Shown one piece after another: positions 1 through 9,445 of a stretch of 64,000 bases of DNA. The notes beneath the pieces were generated by a model. It was not told the origin of the DNA, did not search any database, and worked only from the letters and a program-made list of their open reading frames with translations. Position 1 is the stretch's first letter, and each line of letters opens with the position of its first letter. Origin of the DNA: Perkinsela sp. CCAP 1560/9 (lineage: Eukaryota > Protista > Euglenozoa: Kinetoplastea); contig CBFFSA010000006.1 in the NCBI GenBank assembly GCA_965644495.1, positions 496,001 to 560,000 of the forward strand, in the 5' to 3' direction. A program made the translations under genes and the position numbers.

Positions 1-1005
1 AAGTGTTGTGGGTACTGGGGGTTGCTTAGCGACGCGGCAGCACTTTATTTGGATGTGTCTGGCACAGATCGCAAGATGGCACGGGAGACCTCTGTCTTGA
101 GTGCATATTTGGATGTTGCTCTTCAAGTTAATCACCCGCAGCATGTGCTTACTGTACTCGGCATAGTGCATGGAACAAAGACTGATAATTTTCGTTACCG
201 AGAAGTTCCTAGTACCATCAAATACGAACTAGGACGTCGAGCTTTGGTATGGATGTTGACTAAGTCTTACCCACATGCTCGCACGGTCTACAAATGGCTT
301 TACGATCAAAAACTATTGAACTACGACGTAGAAGAAGTCGCTGGAAACAAGATAGGCGAGTTACTAACCGAAGTTATGACGAGATCTGAAACCTCCGAGA
401 GCGACAATGACTCAGTTGCAGAAAGTATAACTGACCTGCTCTCCGAAAATAATTTAGTTGTACAGCAAAAGATATCTCAGAAAATTCTTTTGCTTGTCAC
501 ACAAATACACATGGAATATACATTTTGTCATGAGGGAACCTTCACTATCACATGGTTGGAGAGGGAATTCTTTCCTATCGATCTTCATGCCGTTGTTCGG
601 CTATCACGTGATGTCGCTCGCGCGCAGCGATCTAATGCAACAGATATCGCTGTACACGAAGGGGAGGAAGTTTCAGATGTAGATATTGCATATTCAGTTC
701 ACAAAATTCTACTGCTCCTCTCTCCTGATCTTCGTCGGCCTTCCCAAAGCAGTTTGCTTCCCTATCTACACAAATCGAAACCTTCTCGCCACAACCCGAA
801 TGTACGAGTGGTACCCGCAGCGGAAGAGCTGCAACACCGTGGATTATTACCTTTCCAAGCCGGTTATTCCTTTTATCATGATAAGAATGGTGCGGTGCGA
901 ACGGTAACAGAATCTTACCCAATACTTGATAGTACCAATGTGGCCCAAATGTATCACGGTCGTGACGCCGTGCAGAGATACGCGAAGCCGGAAACTTGGT
1001 TTTGA
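1..1005 (+). CDS. 3' part of a kinetoplastid mitoribosomal small-subunit protein (mS50-like), 5'-truncated by the window
   Basis: The frame is open from base 1. The C-terminal block YLHKSKPSRHNPNVRVVPAAEELQ...DKNG resembles, from recall, the C-terminus of a large T. brucei mt-SSU protein; the subunit number is uncertain. Confidence 0.5.
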   Translation, partial: KCCGYWGLLSDAAALYLDVSGTDRKMARETSVLSAYLDVALQVNHPQHVLTVLGIVHGTKTDNFRYREVPSTIKYELGRRALVWMLTKSYPHARTVYKWLYDQKLLNYDVEEVAGNKIGELLTEVMTRSETSESDNDSVAESITDLLSENNLVVQQKISQKILLLVTQIHMEYTFCHEGTFTITWLEREFFPIDLHAVVRLSRDVARAQRSNATDIAVHEGEEVSDVDIAYSVHKILLLLSPDLRRPSQSSLLPYLHKSKPSRHNPNVRVVPAAEELQHRGLLPFQAGYSFYHDKNGAVRTVTESYPILDSTNVAQMYHGRDAVQRYAKPETWF

Positions 1006-1346
1006 TTTCTTTTGAAATTTATTTGAGTGGAAAGGCATTTTCAGGGAAATACCGCTATAATATCAAACGAATACAGATTACAGGACAACGATTTTTTATT
1101 GCATTGCAGCTTATGAACGTTGTACAGAAAGCTTATGTACGTTGTACAGAAAGTGTTTTTAGGAAAAAACACAAGATTCATGTAAACATGCATAGTGGTC
1201 CGGCGACCCGCAACACATTGAACAGAAAATATACTTCGAAAGTAGTGTATACGAACCAAGTATCTTTCGCTTGTCCCGATTTTCTAGTTTCAGAGTGTGC
1301 ACATTATTGCGGACATGTATTAAGTTATGCCTAGCTTGTAAGAGAA

Positions 1347-3191
1347 ATGATTAATTATGTATTCAAAATATGGTCGCAAATAAGTGATAGTGAAGGGGCC
1401 GACCAGTTAACCGCAGACAAAGAACCTCTCACACTTGTGTTCGGCTCACAAACCGGAACTGCGGAATCTTACGTAGAAGTCTTGTGCAACGATGCAGACA
1501 CATTTGGTATTCCACATGAAAAAATTGATCCTGTACAATATGAGCCTAATCTGCTGCTGATGCGTTCCACCATAATATTTATTGTATCTACATATGGAGA
1601 AGGGCAACCTACAGATAATTTCTTCGAGTTGTTCGAACGTGTACGTATTCTAAAAGAAAAAGAATCCAACTCCCGGCTTCGTCACTTATCATATGCGATA
1701 TATGGAATTGGAGATTCAAATTATAGGCATTACAACCGAACAGCCAAAAATTTAGAATCATACCTCGAATCGTTGGGCGCGAAAGCGATTCTTCCATTGC
1801 GCCTTGGTGATACTCAGAATTCTTTAGAGGACGATTTTGAGGGCTGGAAATTTCGACTATGGGAAGTTTTATGCAACGTATACTGCGTCGTACCGCCGAA
1901 AAATTTTGAAGAAGTAAAGTTACCTAGTTTTTCTGTTGAACTTCAATACGAAGCTGCGGTTGCTGTTCGTCCTTTTCCGGCGATTCCCCGCTCGCTTGCA
2001 GCCACCCGCACGCAACCTTGTTATGCATCCGTTCGTACGATTCGTAGACTAATCGCCACTCCTCGGAGAAATACACGTCATATTGAGCTTCACGTTCAAG
2101 ATTCTAATCTCTTGTATCAAGCTGGGGACCACATCGGTATTCTGCCCCGCAATTCATCTGGCATAGTAGAGGCGTATGCAGAAAGACTTAACCTTACATC
2201 GCGAGACTTAGGCGCACCGATTTTATTACGACCTCTCGGTAGAAAATGTGTGCCGTCATTCCCTTCTCAGGTGTCCCTTCGGGACATTCTGACGTGGCAC
2301 ATAGATCTTTGCGGTGTACCGCGAAAGTCCACTTTGCGGAACTTTGCACAGTATTGCACGAATGAAAAGGAGAAGGAATACTTTATTTCTCTCCTAGGAC
2401 CAAAAAAAGATTCGCGAGAAAAATATTGCAAATTACAATCCAAGATAAAGACTACTTTCGGATTTTTGCGTAAATTCACATCATGTTCTGTTCCTTTAAA
2501 CGTGTTCTTGGAATTCATGCCCCGTCTACAGCCACGTTATTTTTCTCTTGCAAGCGATCCCTTATCGCATGAGAAAATTGTGCATATTCTTGTGAGAGAG
2601 GTATCCAACGGACTTTGCAGCAGTTGGCTTCAAACTTTATCTGTTGGAGATTCAATTCCACTATACCTTAGGGAAAGTTCTTTCCATCATTCAAATCGAT
2701 ACCACACAAGACCCATCATAATGATAGCCGCTGGCACAGGAATAGCTCCTTTTATCGGGTTTATGCACCGTAGGTTAGCTTGGGCATCATCAGGCAAGGA
2801 ACTTGGGGATGCTTACTTATTTTACGGTTGTCGGTGCCAAGAAGAGCTTCTGTACTGCGATTTTCTGTCTGAAATGCTGGAAAGACCTAAGGTACTTACT
2901 TCGCTTTGCGTTGCATATTCACGGGAGGGGCCGAAGAAGTATGTCCAAGACGAAGTGCGTGCAGCTCGAAGACTTGTGTGGAATGTGGTGACCTCGCCAG
3001 GACATATTTATATATGCGGAGATGCAAAGGGAATGGCTAGAGACGTGGATGAATGCCTGCTACAATGTGTTTTTATGGAAGCCGGTGGATTAACTAGGTT
3101 GGGTGCAGAGGAATTAATGGAAAAGATGGAGCGGACCTCACGACTACTTCGAGACGTTTGGACATCAACACCTGAGGGCACAACGACTTGA
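1347..3191 (+). CDS. CPR: NADPH-cytochrome P450 reductase-type diflavin reductase
   Basis: FMN motifs FGSQTGTAE and STYGEGQPTDN; FAD motif PRYFSLAS; NADPH motifs GTGIAPF and YICGDAKGMARDV; terminal DVW. Confidence 0.9.
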   Translation: MINYVFKIWSQISDSEGADQLTADKEPLTLVFGSQTGTAESYVEVLCNDADTFGIPHEKIDPVQYEPNLLLMRSTIIFIVSTYGEGQPTDNFFELFERVRILKEKESNSRLRHLSYAIYGIGDSNYRHYNRTAKNLESYLESLGAKAILPLRLGDTQNSLEDDFEGWKFRLWEVLCNVYCVVPPKNFEEVKLPSFSVELQYEAAVAVRPFPAIPRSLAATRTQPCYASVRTIRRLIATPRRNTRHIELHVQDSNLLYQAGDHIGILPRNSSGIVEAYAERLNLTSRDLGAPILLRPLGRKCVPSFPSQVSLRDILTWHIDLCGVPRKSTLRNFAQYCTNEKEKEYFISLLGPKKDSREKYCKLQSKIKTTFGFLRKFTSCSVPLNVFLEFMPRLQPRYFSLASDPLSHEKIVHILVREVSNGLCSSWLQTLSVGDSIPLYLRESSFHHSNRYHTRPIIMIAAGTGIAPFIGFMHRRLAWASSGKELGDAYLFYGCRCQEELLYCDFLSEMLERPKVLTSLCVAYSREGPKKYVQDEVRAARRLVWNVVTSPGHIYICGDAKGMARDVDECLLQCVFMEAGGLTRLGAEELMEKMERTSRLLRDVWTSTPEGTTT

Positions 3192-3355
3192 GCGGTACAA
3201 GAGTAGAACCACGTTGTATGCATTTGTACAGTTTTCTTTTTTCGTAATAGCAGACCGATTTTAAAAAATATGTTAACGTATTTATAACGAATACTGTACA
3301 AAGCTGATTTTTAGTGAGATCTTGACATTCTCTTTTAACTATTAACAAGGAGCCA

Positions 3356-4054
3356 ATGATTCGCTCTAAAAGCATTCGATTGAGTCAGTCGGTTACAGGA
3401 AAGAATGACTTATATTGCGGTATTTGTGTGCTACAAACTATTTTTAAGTATTGGCAAAGAGCGACCAATCCTTATAAGGAAATTAACACTTCGCAACCGG
3501 TAACTCAAAGGGAAGATACGTCGGCAAAAATTGGCGCAAATGCCCTTTATGTGTCCCTTTCGGAACCTTCACTTAAGGATCCTAGCCAGCTCCGTGAAAC
3601 TTTTCTTCGCGAATTCGAAAAACTAAGGCGGCATTGTAACCTTCACATGTATCTACGGACATCAACGGGTCCTCTGGGTTCGTTACAAAACATGCTCCGG
3701 GTTTTGGAAATTGAAACCTCGGTGCGCCACACGCTACAAGTTTTTCTTGGGCGTCTTCCGCGGGAGAACCGTCAGCGCGCGAGTATCCACGTGGGAGGTT
3801 ATTATGCCCCGAAATCGGCAGATATGGCTCGGAGGGCGGCAACAACTTTGGGGAATATTCCTTCACAGAGAGACCCAGATATCCGAACGAATCCGTATGA
3901 GTACCCCGTGCCACAGGATCTAAAGGAACGAATTGGTGCGTATCGCGCAGACACTTCCAAAGTGCGATTTTCGTCACGCTATATCCCACATTGGATCTTA
4001 GCTGACCCGGAAATTGCCCTATCAAAGACGGATCGCAAGGTTGATCCGTGGTAA
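3356..4054 (+). CDS. Kinetoplastid mitoribosomal large-subunit protein (mL81-like)
   Basis: The EFEKLRRHCNLHMY..TSTGPLG...LRVLEIETSV block resembles recalled T. brucei mL81; short basic N-terminus. Confidence 0.6.
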   Translation: MIRSKSIRLSQSVTGKNDLYCGICVLQTIFKYWQRATNPYKEINTSQPVTQREDTSAKIGANALYVSLSEPSLKDPSQLRETFLREFEKLRRHCNLHMYLRTSTGPLGSLQNMLRVLEIETSVRHTLQVFLGRLPRENRQRASIHVGGYYAPKSADMARRAATTLGNIPSQRDPDIRTNPYEYPVPQDLKERIGAYRADTSKVRFSSRYIPHWILADPEIALSKTDRKVDPW

Positions 4055-4252
4055 TGATCAATGTATGTTTTCATTGATTTGGGAAAAAGGTCTGCGTGCC
4101 ATTAAATGCTCAACACTTTATCTTTGTCCACAGAGTATCCCTACGAATGTCACAAAGACTGTTGTAGACAGACAGTTGTGACAAAAAATGTAACAACTAC
4201 AGTTTTGTTATCATACAGTATTTTTTCTTGAATCCGCTTCTTGCTCAGTAGT

Positions 4253-4270
4253 TTTTATTTTCTACCTCAG
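4253..4270 (+). promoter_or_regulatory. Putative trans-splice acceptor (polypyrimidine tract + AG) for RtcB
   Basis: tttttattttctacctcAG ends at 4270, just upstream of ATG 4285. Similar signals end at 9443 and 14236. Confidence 0.55.
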
Positions 4271-4284
4271 CATCCCTTGTACCC

Positions 4285-5655
4285 ATGTATCGCCGCTGTC
4301 TCCGACTTTTCTGCTCGTCCAGCGCACCTACCCAATCACGCGAGATTGAGCAATCTCTCCAAGGAAAGAACTACGTCTTTCTGAACGCTTCCCAAGACAC
4401 CCCACCACCCACGGAGGAGCGTCTTTCCAACCCACCCCCTCCCTTACTCCGGGCCAAGGCATGGATCCGAGGTGTACCGCTGGACGCGGAGGCAGAAAAA
4501 CAAATTGCACACATGCAGGCGCTTCAGTCTCACGGGATCCTGCGCCACCCAATCGCGGTTATGCCCGACGCCCACAGCGGGGTGGGGGCCACTGTCGGGA
4601 CGGTGATCCCGACCTACAAAGCGATCATCCCCTCCGCCGTGGGGGTGGACATTGGCTGTGGCATGGTTGCCGTAAAGACAACCCTTCGCGCCAGTGACCT
4701 CCCCGAGAGTCTCGCGACCGTCCGCTTAGCGATTGAGTGCGCCATCCCACATGGTCGCTCCCACAATGGCCGTAGTGACTCTGACGTCGGGGGGTGGCGT
4801 TCCCGACCCAGTGATGAGGCCGCGGAGGTGTGGAAAACACAACTGCTTCCGGATTTTACTAAAATTACGGCCAAATACCCAAAGCTTGAGCGCAGTAACA
4901 ATGTGAATCATCTTGGCACATTGGGTACGGGGAACCACTTTATTGAAATTTGTCTTGACCAAGGCGAGACTGTGTGGATTATGTTGCACAGTGGAAGTCG
5001 TGGTGTGGGAAATCAAATCGGCATGACCTTCATCGAACTTGCAAAAGAGGATATGCGGAAGCGGAACTGTGAACTTCCAGATGCGGAGCTTTCTTATCTC
5101 AAAGAAGATAGCTCATATTTTAAAGACTACGTCTTTGCCGTTGGATGGGCGCAAAAGTACGCCGCGTTGAATCGGAAACTTATGCTACAAAAAGTCATAC
5201 ATGCACTTGTGGCATGCCCTCAAATACCTCCATTCGAGGTAGACACACAACGGGCGATCAACTGTCATCACAACTACGTGGAGCGCGAGGAACATTACGG
5301 CACCTCACTGTATGTTACGCGAAAGGGCGCAATTAGTGCACGTAAGGGGGAGTTAGGTATTATTCCCGGGAGTATGGGGGCCTCTTCCTACATTGTACGG
5401 GGAAAAGGAAATGCCGAATCCTACTGCAGCGCTTCACACGGCGCCGGGCGTCTTCTCTCAAGAGGCGAAGCTCGAAGGAAATTTTCAGTCGAAGATCATG
5501 AGGCAGCCACAAAGGGCATAGAATGTCGAAAGGACCGCGACGTTATTGACGAAACACCTATGGCATACAAAAATATTGACGATGTTTTGGAAGCAGAAAA
5601 AGATCTCGTTGAGGTTGTGGCAACTTTGAGGCAAATAGTTTGCGTCAAAGGGTGA
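4285..5655 (+). CDS. rtcB: RtcB RNA 2',3'-cyclic phosphate/3'-P:5'-OH ligase, bacterial type, with likely mitochondrial presequence
   Basis: MPDAH, GVDIGCGM, GTLGTGNHFIE, HSGSRG, NCHHN, RKGA, IPGSMG, SHGAGR, DETPMAYK, LRQIVCVKG. N-terminus MYRRCLRLFCSSS. Confidence 0.95.
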   Translation: MYRRCLRLFCSSSAPTQSREIEQSLQGKNYVFLNASQDTPPPTEERLSNPPPPLLRAKAWIRGVPLDAEAEKQIAHMQALQSHGILRHPIAVMPDAHSGVGATVGTVIPTYKAIIPSAVGVDIGCGMVAVKTTLRASDLPESLATVRLAIECAIPHGRSHNGRSDSDVGGWRSRPSDEAAEVWKTQLLPDFTKITAKYPKLERSNNVNHLGTLGTGNHFIEICLDQGETVWIMLHSGSRGVGNQIGMTFIELAKEDMRKRNCELPDAELSYLKEDSSYFKDYVFAVGWAQKYAALNRKLMLQKVIHALVACPQIPPFEVDTQRAINCHHNYVEREEHYGTSLYVTRKGAISARKGELGIIPGSMGASSYIVRGKGNAESYCSASHGAGRLLSRGEARRKFSVEDHEAATKGIECRKDRDVIDETPMAYKNIDDVLEAEKDLVEVVATLRQIVCVKG

Positions 5656-5811
5656 TGTGCCCTGCAAAGGTAGGTGTCTCGTTGTCGTTGTTTTTTGAGT
5701 TACTATATCTTTGAAAGCCCGCTTGGTTCTATATTTCTTCATTCGATTTTACTTTCATGTAGCACTTTAGATTTTAAAAATTCCCTACACACACGTAAAA
5801 ATTTCTTAAAA

Positions 5812-6615
5812 ATGCATCGTTCCCTCACAACTGAAAAACCCCGCCCCGTTGTCATTGCGAATTGGAAAACGAACGGGACTCGACCGTCGATTCAAGACCT
5901 TCTGTCCTCGTGGAGTGCCTACACTCCTTCCCATGCCGTGGAGTGCTACCTTGCTCCCTCACTTCTACACATCCCCCACGTCCAGCACCACCTCAAAAGC
6001 ATCTTGAGCTACCTCCACGTCGCGGCTCAGAATTGTGTAGCCAAATCTGGAGCTTTTACTGGGGAGGTAAGTGTGCAGCAGCTAAAGGAAATGGGTGTTC
6101 GTACTGTCATCTTGGGCCATAGTGAGCGTCGAGCGTACTACAGCGAAACCGATCGAGTAGTTGCGGAAAAAATATCTGCAGTACTACGTGAGGGATGTAC
6201 CGTTGTGGTGTGCATTGGGGAACGCCTCACGGAACGGGAAGCGGGGGAGACCACAGACGTAATTACGCGACAGTTAAGGGCTGTGATCACCGCCGTTGGG
6301 CGAGAACTCTGGGGACAGGTTATTATTGCTTACGAGCCCGTCTGGGCAATTGGGACGGGAAGGGTGGCTACCCCCGCCCAGGCCCAGGATGCTCACCGGA
6401 CAATACGTAACATAATTGCGGAAAGTGTATCCGTTGAGGTGGCACAGAAGGTTCGTATTTTGTACGGGGGTAGTGTGGCGCCAGGTAACGCTCGGCAGCT
6501 CTATGCACAACCTGACATTAATGGTTTTCTCGTGGGTGGGGCTTCTCTACGGCCCAATTTCGTAGAAATCATACAAAGCACTTCCTCCGTGGAAGCCATC
6601 CCAAGCAAACTTTAG
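5812..6615 (+). CDS. TPI: Triosephosphate isomerase with C-terminal PTS1 (SKL), glycosomal/peroxisomal
   Basis: NWKxNG, GHSERR, AYEPVWAIGTG, YGGSV, LVGGASL; ends PSKL. First in-frame ATG is 5812. Confidence 0.97.
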   Translation: MHRSLTTEKPRPVVIANWKTNGTRPSIQDLLSSWSAYTPSHAVECYLAPSLLHIPHVQHHLKSILSYLHVAAQNCVAKSGAFTGEVSVQQLKEMGVRTVILGHSERRAYYSETDRVVAEKISAVLREGCTVVVCIGERLTEREAGETTDVITRQLRAVITAVGRELWGQVIIAYEPVWAIGTGRVATPAQAQDAHRTIRNIIAESVSVEVAQKVRILYGGSVAPGNARQLYAQPDINGFLVGGASLRPNFVEIIQSTSSVEAIPSKL

Positions 6616-7129
6616 CCACATCCACTAAAATAATGGCATTACTAAATTCGCTTTGGCTTTGCGATTAGCTGCTGTGCTCATTATCAGGCTTTCGCATCTG
6701 ATATTGTCGATAAAATTAAGCTTCATGGGCGCTATGTGCCACCATTCCCATGTTTGTGTGCTTTTACTATCTCCATAGTTGAGGAGTTGGGGAGGCATAT
6801 ACCGAAACCTCACCTCACCGAAAATACGACGTGTGCGTTGACACCTTCCTTTTTCAAAAGCGTTTTTGCTTTTAAAGACTTACTTCTAAACCTCTTAAAA
6901 TGTGGTATAATTCAGGTGACAATAATACACATCTTGTATAGCAGTATATGTCGGCGGACTACTACTGTATGACTTCGTAGCTCACAATTTAGTGTACACA
7001 ACACTCAATGTAGAATACATGCATGTAGTATCAATCCAGCCTCGGATAAAATATAACTGTATCTGTTTATGTGTATGAAAAGATTCGTAGCTCACTTCCC
7101 TATTCTCTCTCTTTTCTGTAATATCTTAA

Positions 7130-7456
7130 ATGACGCAAGACATCCAACTCGCCATGGGGTACGCCGCGCTTATGCTGCACGATTCTGAAATTGACGTCAC
7201 TGCAGACCGCCTTAACGACATTTTGAAAGCTGCAAAGATCGAGGCTCTTCCCGTGTACGCGACTTTGTATGAGAAATTTTTGCAGAAGAACTCCATTGAG
7301 AGCATGCTTACGAGCACTGCGGGCGCCGCTCAGGCAGGAGGTGCTCCAGCGGCTGCGACGAGCTCCGAAGGCGATGCAAAGAAAGAGGATAAGAAAGCGG
7401 CTCCAGTTGTGGAGGAAGAGGAGGATGAAGATATGGGACTGGGTCTCTTTGACTAG
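7130..7456 (+). CDS. RPLP1: 60S acidic ribosomal protein P1
   Basis: YAALMLHD..VTAD N-domain, Ala-rich hinge, EEEEDEDMGLGLFD tail. Confidence 0.93.
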   Translation: MTQDIQLAMGYAALMLHDSEIDVTADRLNDILKAAKIEALPVYATLYEKFLQKNSIESMLTSTAGAAQAGGAPAAATSSEGDAKKEDKKAAPVVEEEEDEDMGLGLFD

Positions 7457-7781
7457 ACGAGAAAGGAAAAGATTCTATTTTTTAAGCCCCTGAATTAAGC
7501 GTATGTGGTATTAAGCATCACATGAGCTGTCAAAGTTTTTGATTGAATCAGCATAAAATTACATTATTGAGTATACATTATTGAGTTTGTCATCGATATC
7601 ACAAGACTCTTATTATCAATTTCAATACTATTTTCAATATATTTACATGGTATTTCATTGTATTGTCTACAATTTACATTCTACGCATTTCTTATCACTT
7701 CGTTTGTTTGGTTAGTAGACTTCTTCTGTTTATCAATAGCATTTTTTTCATATTTTTCGCCTATAATTCATTCTCATTGAA

Positions 7782-8117
7782 ATGGTCGAACGAGTTACTT
7801 ACCGCCGTAAGCTTCACTACAACACGAAGCGCAATCGATTTGTTCTCGTACGCACACCTGGAGGCCGCATGTCGATGCAATATCTGAAAAAGAGGGTGCG
7901 CGGCCCATGTACCCCAAAGTATCTTGGTCACAAGAGACTCCCTGGAACTAAGTGCCTTCGACCCGTTGACGCGAAAAATCGTACTAAAAAATGGAAAACT
8001 GTGAATCGCTGCTACGGAGGTGTACTGAACCATGAGCAGGTACGTGAACGAGTTGTCCGTGCATTTCTTAAAGAGGAGCAAAAGATTGCGAAGAAAGTCA
8101 CTCAACGCAAAAAGTAG
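7782..8117 (+). CDS. RPL34: 60S ribosomal protein eL34
   Basis: RVTYRR..YNT, RTPGG, RCYGG, VRERVVRAFLKEEQKI. Confidence 0.96.
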   Translation: MVERVTYRRKLHYNTKRNRFVLVRTPGGRMSMQYLKKRVRGPCTPKYLGHKRLPGTKCLRPVDAKNRTKKWKTVNRCYGGVLNHEQVRERVVRAFLKEEQKIAKKVTQRKK

Positions 8118-8355
8118 TTACAAGTTGCTGTCCGTGAAGAATGATGTAAAGATCAAGGAAAGAGGATCCCATAGAAGCAAGTATTCTGTATTGTACTAGC
8201 AATAGATTTAATTCGAATGCTTTGTAAGTTGCGCATACGCTGCTGTTCTATTACATTGTTATCAAACCAGCATACACAAATTATGTAGGTAGACGAATTA
8301 AGTTACAAAATAACATTATCGGGCATCTTTCTTTACCTTTTTGACCGCTTCTTCC

Positions 8356-9207
8356 ATGATATTACCCCCTAGCCGACCCGTCCGCGTGGCCATCATCTCT
8401 ACCCTCGGGGTCACTGCCACCTACGTACAATATCGCCGAACGCTGTCAGCTCTCCAGCAACGCTCTCCTGCGCCCCACACCTGGGCCACCCTCGCTCCGA
8501 CACTCCGTACCGGGGACCTTCTCTTCCTCCACGGCACCGGATCTGTCTCCGCGCTGATCTGCTTTGGGTCGTTCCTTCGTACATGGTGGGATCCCCGCGC
8601 AGTGGAGTACTCCCATGTCGGGGTCCTCTATCTTGACCCGCACACCCATACGCTCTACATACTCGAGGCCGTGGATAACCACGACATTGAGGCCGCCGAC
8701 GCGGAGGGCAGTGTCCGGTTCAACGAGGTCCAACTCGTGAAGGCCGAGGCCAGGGTGTTTGGGTGTCGCGCCCACGGTGAGCCGTTGCACCAGAGGTGCT
8801 ACGACCGCTGTGGGGTACGACGTGGAGTGTGGCTGGAGGGAGAGGACACCGCGGAGGCTGTTCGGTCGCGTTGGGCCCCCGGGTTCGTACAGCGCTACCG
8901 TGGTAGGCCGATGGATGAGTCGCGGTTGCTGGGGTTTGGGTTTATTCACCCCGCGATGTATCGTCGGAAGGATACCGATCGTTCGATTACGTGTGTAGAA
9001 CTTGCGGTGGACGCGTGGAGAGAATTGAGACTTTTACGTGAGCTCCCCACGGATGCCACGTTCTTCGAAAAGGTCTCATCCATGTGGAGGTCCGTGCGGC
9101 CTGGGTGGTCATACTTGCCTGTCCACCTGGCGTTTGGGCAAGACGCAGAGCTCGGCATAGAACCCCACGCTGTACTTCAGCCCATTGAACGAATTGAAAT
9201 TGGGTGA
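8356..9207 (+). CDS. Permuted papain-like NlpC/P60 (YiiX/YebB-like) amidase/acyltransferase with N-terminal hydrophobic anchor
   Basis: Motif order LRTGDLLF ... YSHVGV ... ILEA ... TCVELAVDAW places His before Cys, as in the permuted fold. Confidence 0.75.
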   Translation: MILPPSRPVRVAIISTLGVTATYVQYRRTLSALQQRSPAPHTWATLAPTLRTGDLLFLHGTGSVSALICFGSFLRTWWDPRAVEYSHVGVLYLDPHTHTLYILEAVDNHDIEAADAEGSVRFNEVQLVKAEARVFGCRAHGEPLHQRCYDRCGVRRGVWLEGEDTAEAVRSRWAPGFVQRYRGRPMDESRLLGFGFIHPAMYRRKDTDRSITCVELAVDAWRELRLLRELPTDATFFEKVSSMWRSVRPGWSYLPVHLAFGQDAELGIEPHAVLQPIERIEIG

Positions 9208-9445
9208 ACAGTTCCTCACTTCGCCTCGGCGGAATATGCACTTAGTTTTAAAAAGAAATGGGGAAAATGGAAATTCTACTTAAATGCGCTGCGTATCTTA
9301 ACTCTGTTCTGCGACAGTAAATTTTCTTTTATCGTATGTTGAGACTTCTTTGCATTTATTGTATTTCTTTGCATTTTTATTGTAGAATACATACATGTAT
9401 GATCAGTGCATACTTTTATTTTCCTTTTTTGTCTTCGTCATAGGG

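Noticed and set aside
6616-7129. Possible structured ncRNA/snoRNA after TPI
   Set aside because: Only a weak hairpin; no clear C/D, H/ACA, tRNA or SL RNA motifs by eye. An Infernal/Rfam scan would be needed.
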